Assembly (NCBI GenBank): GCA_947085305.1
Contig: CAMTVV010000107.1
Coordinates: forward strand, 1-34,394
From: an uncultured Nitrospiraceae bacterium
Lineage (GTDB): Bacteria; Nitrospirota; Thermodesulfovibrionia; Thermodesulfovibrionales; UBA9159
Direction of reading: 5' to 3'
DNA: 34,394 nt
In this document: piece by piece, positions 7,067 through 15,945 of the stretch
Layout: each line of letters opens with the position of its first letter
Position numbering within the stretch: the stretch's first letter is position 1
Position numbers and translations under genes: made by a program
Notes under the pieces: generated by a model
Told to the model about the DNA's origin: nothing
The model's database searches: none
The model's input: the letters and a program-made list of their open reading frames with translations, nothing else

Positions 7067-8473
7067 CTATTTACCTATACAGAACTCGCTGAATATCCTG
7101 TTCAGTATATCTTCTGTCGTCACTGAACCAACGATCTCACCCAGTCTGTCCATGGCATCACGCATCTCCACTGCCACGACTTCAAGAGGCAAAGAAGCTG
7201 TTAAGGCGGAAGCTGCATTGCTGAGAGCATTGACGGCATTGTCAATGGCAACTTTGTGCCTGATATTGGTAACAATGACCCCTGCGCTTTCGTCAAAAAA
7301 ACCCCTGGCTTCTGATTTTTGATTCTTCTTCAAGGATACATCCAGTATCTTCTCCTTCAGCATATCCAGCCCCGCTTCCGTCTTAGCTGAGATTTTCAGT
7401 ATGTATTCAGAATATGGTCTGAGTGTTGATTCAAGATTCCTTTGATTCGGCAGGTCTGACTTGTTTATTGCGATGATGGCCTCTTTCCCCCTGATTTTTT
7501 CGAGGACCGCCATATCCTCATTTTTCAGCGAACAGGTCCCGTCAATGATCCCTATTACCAGATCTGCGTCATCAATGGCCCGGAGACTTCGTATAACGCC
7601 TTCTTTTTCGGCCATCTCATGGGTCTCCCTTATTCCTGCAGTATCCATAATCCTGGTGGGAAGACCATTGATATTGAGGTACTCCTCAAGAATATCCCTT
7701 GTCGTCCCTGCAATTTCAGTCACAATCGCCCTGTCTCTTTTCAGAAGTGCATTGAGCAGAGAAGACTTACCCACATTGGGTCTTCCCACAATGGCAACCT
7801 TAAGTCCCTCGCGGAAGAAACGGCCTTCTTCAAAGCTCTTTGAAAAGGCAAGAAGACTTTTTTCAATATCCCGAACTTCGTTCAGGATACTTTCCATTGA
7901 TGCAGGCTCGATCTCTTCTTCGGGAAAATCTATGTATGCCTCGATATGCGCGCACACAGATAGCAGCCTGTCCCTCAATCCGGTGATCTTTTCGGAAAGC
8001 CCTCCGGAAAGCTGCTCCAGCGCTACCCTTCCCGATTCTTCGGTCTTTGCCCTGATTAGGTCGATCACCGCCTCTGCCTGCGACAGATCAAGCCTGCCGT
8101 TCAGGAAGGCCCTTTTTGTGAACTCCCCTGGTTCTGCAAGCCTCGCTCCATGCTGCAGGACCAGCTCGAGGACCTTTCGCACGGCAAGGATGCCGCCATG
8201 GCAGTTTATCTCGACTACGTCTTCCTTCGTGTAGGTATGCGGCGCCTTCATCACTGCAACGAGTACTTCGTCAATGGTTGTTCCGGCTGAAGGGTTTTTT
8301 ATGAAGCCGTAAGTAAGGGTATGGGATTCCGATTCCTGGAGTTTTCTCCCTTTTGGAGATGAGAAGAGTTTCTCTACGATCGGCAGGGCGTCTTTCCCGC
8401 TCAGCCGCACAATACCAATGCCTCCCTCACCAAGGGGAGTGGAGATGGCTGCGATGGTGTCATCAAGAAACAC
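7067..8473 (-). CDS. mnmE: tRNA modification GTPase MnmE (TrmE)
   Basis: DTIAAISTP N-terminus, G-domain GRPNVGKSSLLN / DTAGIR / NKSDL, C-terminal FCIGK motif. Converges on parB with a 5-nt gap. Confidence 0.92.
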   Translation of the reverse strand: MFLDDTIAAISTPLGEGGIGIVRLSGKDALPIVEKLFSSPKGRKLQESESHTLTYGFIKNPSAGTTIDEVLVAVMKAPHTYTKEDVVEINCHGGILAVRKVLELVLQHGARLAEPGEFTKRAFLNGRLDLSQAEAVIDLIRAKTEESGRVALEQLSGGLSEKITGLRDRLLSVCAHIEAYIDFPEEEIEPASMESILNEVRDIEKSLLAFSKSFEEGRFFREGLKVAIVGRPNVGKSSLLNALLKRDRAIVTEIAGTTRDILEEYLNINGLPTRIMDTAGIRETHEMAEKEGVIRSLRAIDDADLVIGIIDGTCSLKNEDMAVLEKIRGKEAIIAINKSDLPNQRNLESTLRPYSEYILKISAKTEAGLDMLKEKILDVSLKKNQKSEARGFFDESAGVIVTNIRHKVAIDNAVNALSNAASALTASLPLEVVAVEMRDAMDRLGEIVGSVTTEDILNRIFSEFCIGK

Positions 8474-8567
8474 GATGCATTATTATAACCGACGAAGGGT
8501 GCATGGGCATGCTGCCAGTAAGGTGACGCGATTAGGTCGCAGGCTGATTGAAAGTTTAGCTTTCAAT

Positions 8568-8597
8568 TTGACAAACAGGATATTCCACTGTTACAAT
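8568..8597 (+). promoter_or_regulatory. Putative sigma70-type promoter abutting the start codon (leaderless candidate)
   Basis: TTGACA (8568-8573), 18-nt spacer, TACAAT (8592-8597), then 5 nt to ATG 8603. No Shine-Dalgarno sequence. The 8-bp palindrome ATTGAAAG/CTTTCAAT abuts the -35. Confidence 0.5.
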
Positions 8598-8602
8598 GAA
8601 CC

Positions 8603-9799
8603 ATGATTGAGAGGACCCTTGCCGCAAAGCTCCGTTCGCTTGCCGGTGCATTTCCTGTGATCTCCATGACAGGGCCGAGGCAGTCAGGGAAGACAACGCT
8701 CTCGAAGATGGTATTTTCGAAACACCCCTACATCTCGCTCGAAGACCCTGACGAAAGGGATTTTGCCCTTGCCGATCCAAAAGGCTTTTTAAGGAGATTT
8801 CCCAAAGGAGCCATTCTCGATGAAATCCAAAGAGCGCCGGCTATTTTTTCCTACCTGCAGGGCATAGTGGATGCTGACCCTGCCCCGGGCAGGTTTATAC
8901 TGACCGGTTCAAGGCAATTCGATCTCATGCATGAGGTGAGCCAGACACTTGCCGGCAGAGCTGCGGTTGTCCAACTGTTGCCATTCAGCATATCGGAGTT
9001 ATCCGCAAGAAAGCCAGTCGGCCCCTTTAGGATAGATGCACCTGCAGGGTCGACTAAACGACCTTCAGAATCTCTCGAAACCTTTCTCCTTCAAGGTCTC
9101 TACCCGAGGATATATGATAAACAGTTGAACGCACGCGACTGGCTTTCCGCATATTACCAGACCTATGTAGAGCGTGATGTGAGGGAGATTATCAATATCG
9201 GCAATCTGGAAGCGTTTCAGCGCTTCGTGCGTCTCTGTGCAGGAAGGGCGGGACAATTGCTTAATCTTTCCTCGCTTGCGGCTGACGGGGGCATATCCCA
9301 TACAACGGCCCGTCAGTGGATTTCCGTTCTGCAGACAGGGTTTATCGTGTATCTCCTTCCGCCGCATTTCGAAAACTTTTCCAAGCGTCTGATCAAGAGC
9401 CCCAAACTGTATTTTCTCGACACAGGGCTGCTCTGCTATTTGCTAAGAATACAGAAGGCGGAGGAGATTCTTACTCATCCCATGAAGGGGGCGATCTTCG
9501 AGAGTTTTGTGGTATCTGAACTGTACAAAGCCTTTGTTCATCAGGGTGAGACACCTGCATTGTATTACTGGAGGGACAGAACCGGCCATGAGGTGGATGT
9601 GGTGATTGATACCGGGAAAGAGCTAATCCCGGTCGAGATCAAAGCCGGGGAGACCGTAACCGATTCTTTTTTTGAAGGATTGAGGTATTACCGTAGTCTC
9701 GGCAAATCCAGGGTTGGGAATGGAGTTCTTGTATATGCGGGCGAGAAATCGTACGTGAGAAACAGTGTTATGGTTAGGACATGGTTTCAGTGTTCGTAG
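8603..9799 (+). CDS. AAA+ ATPase with C-terminal DUF4143-type domain (function unknown)
   Basis: Walker A GPRQSGKTT, ILDEIQRAP, LTGSRQF, LAGRA, then the long C-terminal domain typical of the AAA_14/DUF4143 family. Confidence 0.8.
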   Translation: MIERTLAAKLRSLAGAFPVISMTGPRQSGKTTLSKMVFSKHPYISLEDPDERDFALADPKGFLRRFPKGAILDEIQRAPAIFSYLQGIVDADPAPGRFILTGSRQFDLMHEVSQTLAGRAAVVQLLPFSISELSARKPVGPFRIDAPAGSTKRPSESLETFLLQGLYPRIYDKQLNARDWLSAYYQTYVERDVREIINIGNLEAFQRFVRLCAGRAGQLLNLSSLAADGGISHTTARQWISVLQTGFIVYLLPPHFENFSKRLIKSPKLYFLDTGLLCYLLRIQKAEEILTHPMKGAIFESFVVSELYKAFVHQGETPALYYWRDRTGHEVDVVIDTGKELIPVEIKAGETVTDSFFEGLRYYRSLGKSRVGNGVLVYAGEKSYVRNSVMVRTWFQCS

Positions 9800-9956
9800 A
9801 GCCCTGAACTTGCCAGGATGTGGGTTCTCGAAAATCTGGAAAAAACAAAAACAGCATGATCTGCTGCCGGCCGCTTGCTCAACTTATGATTGATAATAAC
9901 CTGGGCGCTAGTCCGTTGGCAACATACGAGATTAAGCGAAACAACACATCCCCTTA

Positions 9957-10358
9957 TTACACAAACAAGGCTTCAAAATCTCTTGGAGTTATGATCTTAA
10001 TGTTCTTATATCTTTTTATATCCAGCAGATCAGAGTCTCCTGTCACAAGATAATCCGCCTTTGCCGCCACGGCGCAGGCAATAATATTGTCATCATCAGC
10101 ATCCCGGCAAATGTCCGCGATCTCGATGGTATGTTCAATGACTTGACTAGTCGCTTCACTTACAGGGTCTATCGCCAAAGCTAATTCTTCATGCGAGAGC
10201 CGGAATTTCTTCGAGAGGATGCTCCCAAGTTCCTTAGTAATGTACGGGCATGAAATAAGTGAGAATTCGCCTATGCGCGCCCTGTGCAATAGTCTTGAGC
10301 AAATCCCTTCAGTGATAATCGCCGCAATCAGAACATTTGTATCAAATACGGCAATCAT
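9957..10358 (-). CDS. PIN-domain toxin (putative TA toxin, PIN family)
   Basis: MIAVFDTNVLIAA N-terminus with the first catalytic Asp, and a later YLVTGDSDLL motif. 4-nt ATGA overlap with the upstream antitoxin gene. Confidence 0.8.
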   Translation of the reverse strand: MIAVFDTNVLIAAIITEGICSRLLHRARIGEFSLISCPYITKELGSILSKKFRLSHEELALAIDPVSEATSQVIEHTIEIADICRDADDDNIIACAVAAKADYLVTGDSDLLDIKRYKNIKIITPRDFEALFV

Positions 10359-10573
10359 GATATCGCTTTGAACACATCTTCTTCACTGACCATCCCAAGC
10401 TTCTTTGCTTTTGGGCCGAGTTTTTTCTGCACTGCCTTGAGTTTCATTTCCCACAGGAACAGACTCAGGGATTCCTTAACGATATCACTCTTGTTGCGCC
10501 CGGTACTCCTCGCAACCCTATCAAGTTCCTCGGACATCTTTTCAGGCAGGCTGACGGATAAAACTGTTCTCAT
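10355..10573 (-). CDS. Ribbon-helix-helix (CopG-like) antitoxin
   Basis: 72 aa. The N-terminal segment VLSVSLPEKMSEELDRVARSTGRNKSDIVKESL fits a beta-strand plus two helices. SD AGGAGG lies upstream. Translationally coupled to the PIN gene. Confidence 0.7.
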   Translation of the reverse strand: MRTVLSVSLPEKMSEELDRVARSTGRNKSDIVKESLSLFLWEMKLKAVQKKLGPKAKKLGMVSEEDVFKAIS

Positions 10574-10660
10574 AATGCACCTCCTGTATTACAATACACT
10601 ACAATATTGAAAATTGCAATTTTACCCCGGTTTCTCTGTCTTTGCCGGAAGTTCGCCCAG

Positions 10661-10686
10661 GTCATAAGTGGCGGGCCACTTATGAC
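10661..10686. terminator. Perfect 12-bp-stem hairpin just downstream of the glcD-like gene
   Basis: GTCATAAGTGGC-gg-GCCACTTATGAC lies 8 nt beyond the stop at 10694. No U-tract follows, so terminator function is uncertain. Confidence 0.35.
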
Positions 10687-10693
10687 GCTAACT

Positions 10694-12070
10694 TTACGGA
10701 AAAATCTTCCCCGGGTTCAGGATGTTCTTCGGGTCAAAGAGTTTCTTGATCCCCTTCATCAGGGCAAGCTCGCTTTTCTTGAGCTCCATCCCTATATACG
10801 GCGCCTTAGTGAGCCCCACACCGTGTTCGCCGGATATGGTTCCGCCGAGGCTGAGGGTCAATTTGAAAATATCTCTGACAATGGCATCCGCTTTTCTGTA
10901 TTCCTCCTCATTGGATCTGTCGATCATCAGGTTTACATGGACGTTGCCGTCTCCTGCATGGCCGAAATTAACTATCTTAATCCCAGTATCTTCAGAGAGT
11001 CTCCTCAGGCTGGTGAGCATCTGAGGGATCCTGTCCCTTGGCACCACGATGTCCTCGCCTATCTTTCCCGGACTGATGTGATAGAGGGCAGGGGACACCC
11101 TTCGTCTGCACTCCCATAATCTGTTTCTTGCAGCCTCATCCTCAGCCATGCTCACATCAGCGCCCAGCTTCATGCAGATGTCTGCCACCTTTCCGGCCTC
11201 TTTCTTAATGGCCTCAGGATGTCCGTCCACCTCAATGAGAAGGAGGGCTTCCACGTTGTCAGGGAGGCCCAGAGGCTGGAACTTCTCGACGGCCTTTATG
11301 GCTTCCCTGTCCATGAACTCCAGGGTTCTCGGGATGATCCTTGAGGAAATTATCTGGGATACTGCCTTGCCGGAGGCCTCCAGGTCGGTAAACAGACAGA
11401 GGAGGGTGAGGATGTCCTCAGGGAGGGGAAGGAGCTTCAACCGTATCTTTGTCGCCACTGCCAGGGTGCCTTCAGACCCGACAAGGAGCCTCACAAGGTC
11501 ATAGCCCACCACTCCCTTATATGTTCTGACCCCGACATTGATAATATCTCCACCGGGAAGCACTGCCTCTATCTCCATGACATAATCTTTTGTAACGCCG
11601 TATTTCAAAGCCCTTGGACCCCCCGCATTTTCTGCCACGTTTCCGCCGATGGTGCAGAAATTCATACTGGCAGGGTCAGGAGGGTAAAAAAATCCGTGGT
11701 CTTCCACCTCCCTCTGCAGTCTGCCGTTAATGATCCCGGGCTCCACAAGCACTGTGAGGTTGCCTTTTTCAAGCTCCAGTATCCTGTTCATTTTTTCCAT
11801 GCTCAAAACCACAGAGCCTTTGAGCGGAACCGCTCCACCGGACATGCCTGTGCCGGCGCCACGAGGGACTACAGGTATTCCGTTTTCATAGGCGAACTTC
11901 ATGATCTGAGCCACATGCTCGGTGGTCTCCGGCCAGACGACAGCAGAAGGCGCCCCCTCAAGCCCGCTTGCATCAAAGCCATAGCATACGAGGTCTTCAG
12001 GGTTAGAGGAGCTTTTTATGTGAGGTAGCGCATCGAAGATGTTCATAATAATAGTCGTGACGCGTAACAT
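10694..12070 (-). CDS. FAD-linked oxidase (GlcD / D-lactate dehydrogenase family)
   Basis: FAD-binding PCMH-type region (VVPRGAGTGMSGGAVP) and C-terminal GGTISGEHGVGL motif. The first 8 codons (MLRVTTII) are encoded by a repeat element; the alternative ATG at 12046 (MNIFDAL...) may be the true start. Confidence 0.85.
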   Translation of the reverse strand: MLRVTTIIMNIFDALPHIKSSSNPEDLVCYGFDASGLEGAPSAVVWPETTEHVAQIMKFAYENGIPVVPRGAGTGMSGGAVPLKGSVVLSMEKMNRILELEKGNLTVLVEPGIINGRLQREVEDHGFFYPPDPASMNFCTIGGNVAENAGGPRALKYGVTKDYVMEIEAVLPGGDIINVGVRTYKGVVGYDLVRLLVGSEGTLAVATKIRLKLLPLPEDILTLLCLFTDLEASGKAVSQIISSRIIPRTLEFMDREAIKAVEKFQPLGLPDNVEALLLIEVDGHPEAIKKEAGKVADICMKLGADVSMAEDEAARNRLWECRRRVSPALYHISPGKIGEDIVVPRDRIPQMLTSLRRLSEDTGIKIVNFGHAGDGNVHVNLMIDRSNEEEYRKADAIVRDIFKLTLSLGGTISGEHGVGLTKAPYIGMELKKSELALMKGIKKLFDPKNILNPGKIFP

Positions 12071-12137
12071 GTAATGCGTAACCCGTGATTAACAAAAATC
12101 CCTGAACTCGTCACGCGTCACCTGTCACGTGTTACGG
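12055..12137. repeat. Heptad-periodic inverted-repeat element (CGTRAC-type words), 5 + 4 heptamers
   Basis: Sequence: tcgtgac gcgtaac atgtaat gcgtaac ccgtgat - 18 nt - tcgtcac gcgtcac ctgtcac gtgttac gg. The arms pair imperfectly, and the mismatches between arms are all transitions. Lies between the smc stop and the glcD-like start. Confidence 0.75.
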
Positions 12138-12142
12138 TCTTT

Positions 12143-15100
12143 CTAAGATTCCACAAGTTGCATTGAGATAACCTTCGATACCCCCGGCTCTTCCATGGTT
12201 ATCCCATAAATATAGTCAGCCGCCTCTATTGTTGCTCTGTTGTGAGTCACCACAATGAACTGTATCTTTCCTGCAAGCTCCCGGAGCATCCTCGCAAACC
12301 GGTCGATATTGGATTCATCCAGGGCGGCATCCACCTCGTCGAGGATACAGAGAGGGGACGGTTTTATGAGAAAACTTGCAAACAGAAGAGACAGTGCGGT
12401 AAGGGCCTTCTCTCCACCGGAAAGCAGAGTTATATTCTGGAGTTTCTTCCCCGGCGGTTGTGCTATAATGTCTATGCCGGAAGCGAGGATATTGTTTTCT
12501 TCCGTCAATACAAGTCCGGCCTTTCCTCCGCCGAAGAGAACGGAGAAAACCTCGGAAAACTTTTCATTGAGCTGCTCAAACGCATCCCTCAGTTTTTTCC
12601 GGGTCGTACTGTTTATCTTTGTTATCGCCTCCTCCAGCTCTGCAATGGATTTGTTGAGATCGTCCTGCTGTTGCGTGAGAAACTCATAACGGGTCTTCAA
12701 TTCTTCATATTCATCAAGGGAGGCGAGGTTCACCGGGCCCAGCTCCTGGATCTTTGTCCTTATCTCGGAGAGGCGTTCTTCGTCCTCCGGAGACACGGGT
12801 TCAGCCTCGAAGGTTGCAATCTCGACACCGTAATTCTGACTGATGCCTCCTGACAGGGCTTCGATCCTCAGCCGGTGTTCAGCCATGGAAACGTCCGCCT
12901 CACTGATCGCGGAGGTCAATGAATCCAGCCTGCTGCGATGTGATTTGGATTCCTGCTCTGCGCGGATGAGCTCCTCTGACTCGCTGCGGATGATCTCCCT
13001 GTTCTCCGTTATCACGGTTTTGAGGTTGTCGGCCTTCAGAACAAGTCCCTTGAGCTTGTCATTGTTCTTTTCGATCTCTTCGCTGCACTGCCTTATCCTT
13101 GATTCTATATCTGTTTTTTCCTTTGCCAGAATATCCTGCGTTTTAGCAAGGTCGGCAAGTGTTTCCACGGAAGATTCCAGCTCTTTTCTGATGGATTCTA
13201 TCCGCTCGCGGGATGAGTTCAGCGCTAATCTCAGCTCAGTGATGGATGCCCGTTCCGCTTCATAGCGCTCTTTGTTTTTCGCTATTTCATCCTGTATCGC
13301 GGTTACAAAGCGTTCTGCCCCGGTTTTTGTTGCCGTTATCCTTTCAGCCTCAGATTCTTTTTCCGAAGCGATTGCTTTCAGGGATTCCGTTTCCCTGAGG
13401 ATCTCCTCCTGTTCAATATTGAGAAAGGAGAGTTTGCGGCTTATCCTCTCTTTTTCCTCAATCCGGTTTTCAGCGGTTAATCTCAGGAGGGATATCTCTT
13501 TTTCCCGATGGATTATCGCCGACTCGATATCTTTCAGGGAAGCCAGCTTTTCCTTGTGAGACGTCTCCACGTTTTCTAATGTCTCCCCGAGGCGTTCCAT
13601 CTCATGTTTCTTCTGTTCAATGAGGGATTCCAGCTCCCGTATCTCCCTCTTCCTTTTCAGGATACCTTTCCCCTCGCCCACAGAGACCGCTCCTGACGGT
13701 TCCACTGTCTCGCCGTCCAGGGTCACAAAAGTGAAGTGGGAGTGCCCGGTCCCGAGTGTTTCCGGGAGAAGGGAAAACGCTGCATGGAGATCCTTTACCA
13801 CCAGTATATTGTTCAGGAGATCTTTCAGGACGGCCGAGACACCGTCGAGCTCAGAATGAATGCGCACAAGGTCGGTTGCTTTGCCTACGATGGAGTTGTT
13901 ACCGACGCTCCCCGCACGTTCAATGGGTTTATTCATTGCCGAGGGCGGCACATTGAGAGGGACAAAGGTTGTCCTTCTTATCCCCTTTCCCTTGAGGGAC
14001 GGGGCAGCGGCCGCGATCTCGTCAAAGGACTGAACGATAAAACCGTTTATCTTTTCGGATAACGCGTTCTCAATCGCCTTTTCGTATGCCTCGTCAACAT
14101 CAAGCGCCTCCGCGATGGACGCTATTATCCGAATATCCTCCACGAGGGATTCCCGGGAGAGGTCTTCATGCATTATCTCCCGGAGGGAGTCCAGCCGTGA
14201 AGATGCCGAAGCGAGTTCCTCACGGACCCGCGCTACCGCATTCCGCGCCTCTTCCCCTTTAGACCGGTATCCCTCTATTTCTGCCCTGACAATTTTCGTC
14301 TGTTCATTGAGGAGGAGGATTTCATTATTCTTACTGATGAGCGCTCCGTCGGTTTCCCGGATGCTCGTCTCTACCCGTGAGAGCTGTTCCTTCGCTGTTT
14401 CGGACTCCTTTAGTGTTGCCACATGTTTTCTTTCGAGGTTCTCCATGGATGTCAGGACCCTGCCCGTCTCGTTCCTGAGATGGCTTATTTCTTCCGCTAT
14501 CCTGAAGATCTCTTTCCTCTTCGCTTCTATGATCTCTTCCTTCTCGAAAAGGGATCTCTCCATGGCCTTGACAGCCTCGTTCTTCTCCGCCAGTTCCAGT
14601 TTGAGGCTGTCCATTTCAGACCCCAACTCTCTTTCCGTGGTTTCCAGTTCCTTTTTCCGGTTTTCTGTGGCAGCGATCTTCTGGATAACATCCGATTCCT
14701 GCAGGCTGAGCTTCGTAACGTACTCAGTAAGGTTGGCCCTTTCCGTGGTCGAAACCGCAATAATCCGCTCGGTCTCCGCGATTTCCCTTTCCAGGTCCCG
14801 GAGTTCCAGCGTGAGCGCATCAAGGGATTTCTCTTTATCAAGCAGTTCGATCCGCTTCGTCTCGATAGCGTTCTCGATTGTGCTCAGTGCTGCCCTGACC
14901 ACGGAGTCCGATTCCTTGAGGGAGGTGTAATCGGCCAGGATTTTGTCAAGGGAGTTTCTGAGATCCGAGTAATCCCTCTTTGCTATCTTCATCTCGATGG
15001 ATGTCATCTCAGCGGTGAGCTTCTTGTATCGTTCCGCCTTCCTGACCTGCCTGTCCAGGGAATTGATCTGCCGCTTCACCTCTGTGACGATGTCGTTCAC

Positions 15101-15676
15101 CCTCTGCAGGTTTATGCGGGAAGACTCAAGCTTTGAGAGCGCTTCGGCCTTTCTGGCCTTGTATTTCATGACGCCGGCAACTTCCTCGATGAGGAACCTT
15201 TTCTCCTGCGGCTTGGTATTGATTATCTCGCCTATTCTGCCCTGCTCCAGAATCGAATAACTTTTTATTTCAAGTCCCGTGTCAAGGAACAGGTCTTTGA
15301 TATCCTTGAGCCGGCACTGGTTCCGGTTGATCAGATATTCGCTCTCCCCCGAACGGTACAGTCTTCTGGCCACTGACGTGAGGCTCTGGGAGTCGCCATT
15401 GCCCTGCTCGGGGGAATCAAAGGACAGGAGGAGATTCACCTCGGACATTCCCCTCGGTTTTTTTGTGGCTGAACCGTTGAAAATGACCTCCTCCATCTTC
15501 TCCCCCCTCAGGCTTTTTGCGCTCTGCTCGCCCAGGACCCAGCGGAAGGAATCCACAATGTTGCTTTTTCCGGCGCCATTAGGACCCACGATACACGTGA
15601 TCCCGGGGTGAAGCTGGAAAGAGGTCTTTTCAGCAAAGGATTTGAAACCGATAAGCTCAATCTTTTCTATGCGCAT
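12143..15676 (-). CDS. smc: Chromosome segregation protein SMC
   Basis: 1177 aa. N-terminal Walker A GPNGAGKSN, long coiled coils, a central hinge, C-terminal signature LSGGEKALTALSL and Walker B LCILDEVDAALD. Confidence 0.95.
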   Translation of the reverse strand: MRIEKIELIGFKSFAEKTSFQLHPGITCIVGPNGAGKSNIVDSFRWVLGEQSAKSLRGEKMEEVIFNGSATKKPRGMSEVNLLLSFDSPEQGNGDSQSLTSVARRLYRSGESEYLINRNQCRLKDIKDLFLDTGLEIKSYSILEQGRIGEIINTKPQEKRFLIEEVAGVMKYKARKAEALSKLESSRINLQRVNDIVTEVKRQINSLDRQVRKAERYKKLTAEMTSIEMKIAKRDYSDLRNSLDKILADYTSLKESDSVVRAALSTIENAIETKRIELLDKEKSLDALTLELRDLEREIAETERIIAVSTTERANLTEYVTKLSLQESDVIQKIAATENRKKELETTERELGSEMDSLKLELAEKNEAVKAMERSLFEKEEIIEAKRKEIFRIAEEISHLRNETGRVLTSMENLERKHVATLKESETAKEQLSRVETSIRETDGALISKNNEILLLNEQTKIVRAEIEGYRSKGEEARNAVARVREELASASSRLDSLREIMHEDLSRESLVEDIRIIASIAEALDVDEAYEKAIENALSEKINGFIVQSFDEIAAAAPSLKGKGIRRTTFVPLNVPPSAMNKPIERAGSVGNNSIVGKATDLVRIHSELDGVSAVLKDLLNNILVVKDLHAAFSLLPETLGTGHSHFTFVTLDGETVEPSGAVSVGEGKGILKRKREIRELESLIEQKKHEMERLGETLENVETSHKEKLASLKDIESAIIHREKEISLLRLTAENRIEEKERISRKLSFLNIEQEEILRETESLKAIASEKESEAERITATKTGAERFVTAIQDEIAKNKERYEAERASITELRLALNSSRERIESIRKELESSVETLADLAKTQDILAKEKTDIESRIRQCSEEIEKNNDKLKGLVLKADNLKTVITENREIIRSESEELIRAEQESKSHRSRLDSLTSAISEADVSMAEHRLRIEALSGGISQNYGVEIATFEAEPVSPEDEERLSEIRTKIQELGPVNLASLDEYEELKTRYEFLTQQQDDLNKSIAELEEAITKINSTTRKKLRDAFEQLNEKFSEVFSVLFGGGKAGLVLTEENNILASGIDIIAQPPGKKLQNITLLSGGEKALTALSLLFASFLIKPSPLCILDEVDAALDESNIDRFARMLRELAGKIQFIVVTHNRATIEAADYIYGITMEEPGVSKVISMQLVES

Positions 15677-15945
15677 AACAATCCTGTCATTGACTTATTT
15701 GCAGAATTTTTTTAGTATACCCTCTGTTGAACGGTTATGACAAGCATATATTTTTTTGAGGCGCTTGACGCCCTCATGCCCTCTTTGCAGTTATAGGCGA
15801 CAGATAAATAAGCAATTATGATTTATGGATTAATTTTTTTAATTTGACCGTATACTTATGCATGTATTACCCTTTAGCAATTTCATTTCCAGTCCTATTC
15901 TGTAAATATAAAGGGTTGAAAGAATCAAAATAAAAGGAGGATTTT

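Noticed and set aside
7461-8234. 257-aa plus-strand ORF
   Set aside because: It is antisense to the complete, motif-rich mnmE gene. Composition is Ser/Leu/Arg-rich and no domains are recognisable.
3614-8473. oriC in the rsmG-parAB-mnmE neighbourhood
   Set aside because: Synteny is origin-proximal in many bacteria. However, I found no cluster of DnaA boxes (TTATCCACA or close variants), no AT-rich unwinding element flanked by them, and no dnaA in the window.
12242-15611. Series of long plus-strand ORFs (up to 271 aa), rich in Ser, Leu and Arg
   Set aside because: They are antisense to smc. Antisense frames of Glu/Lys/Leu-rich coiled-coil genes are typically stop-poor. They have low-complexity composition and no motifs.
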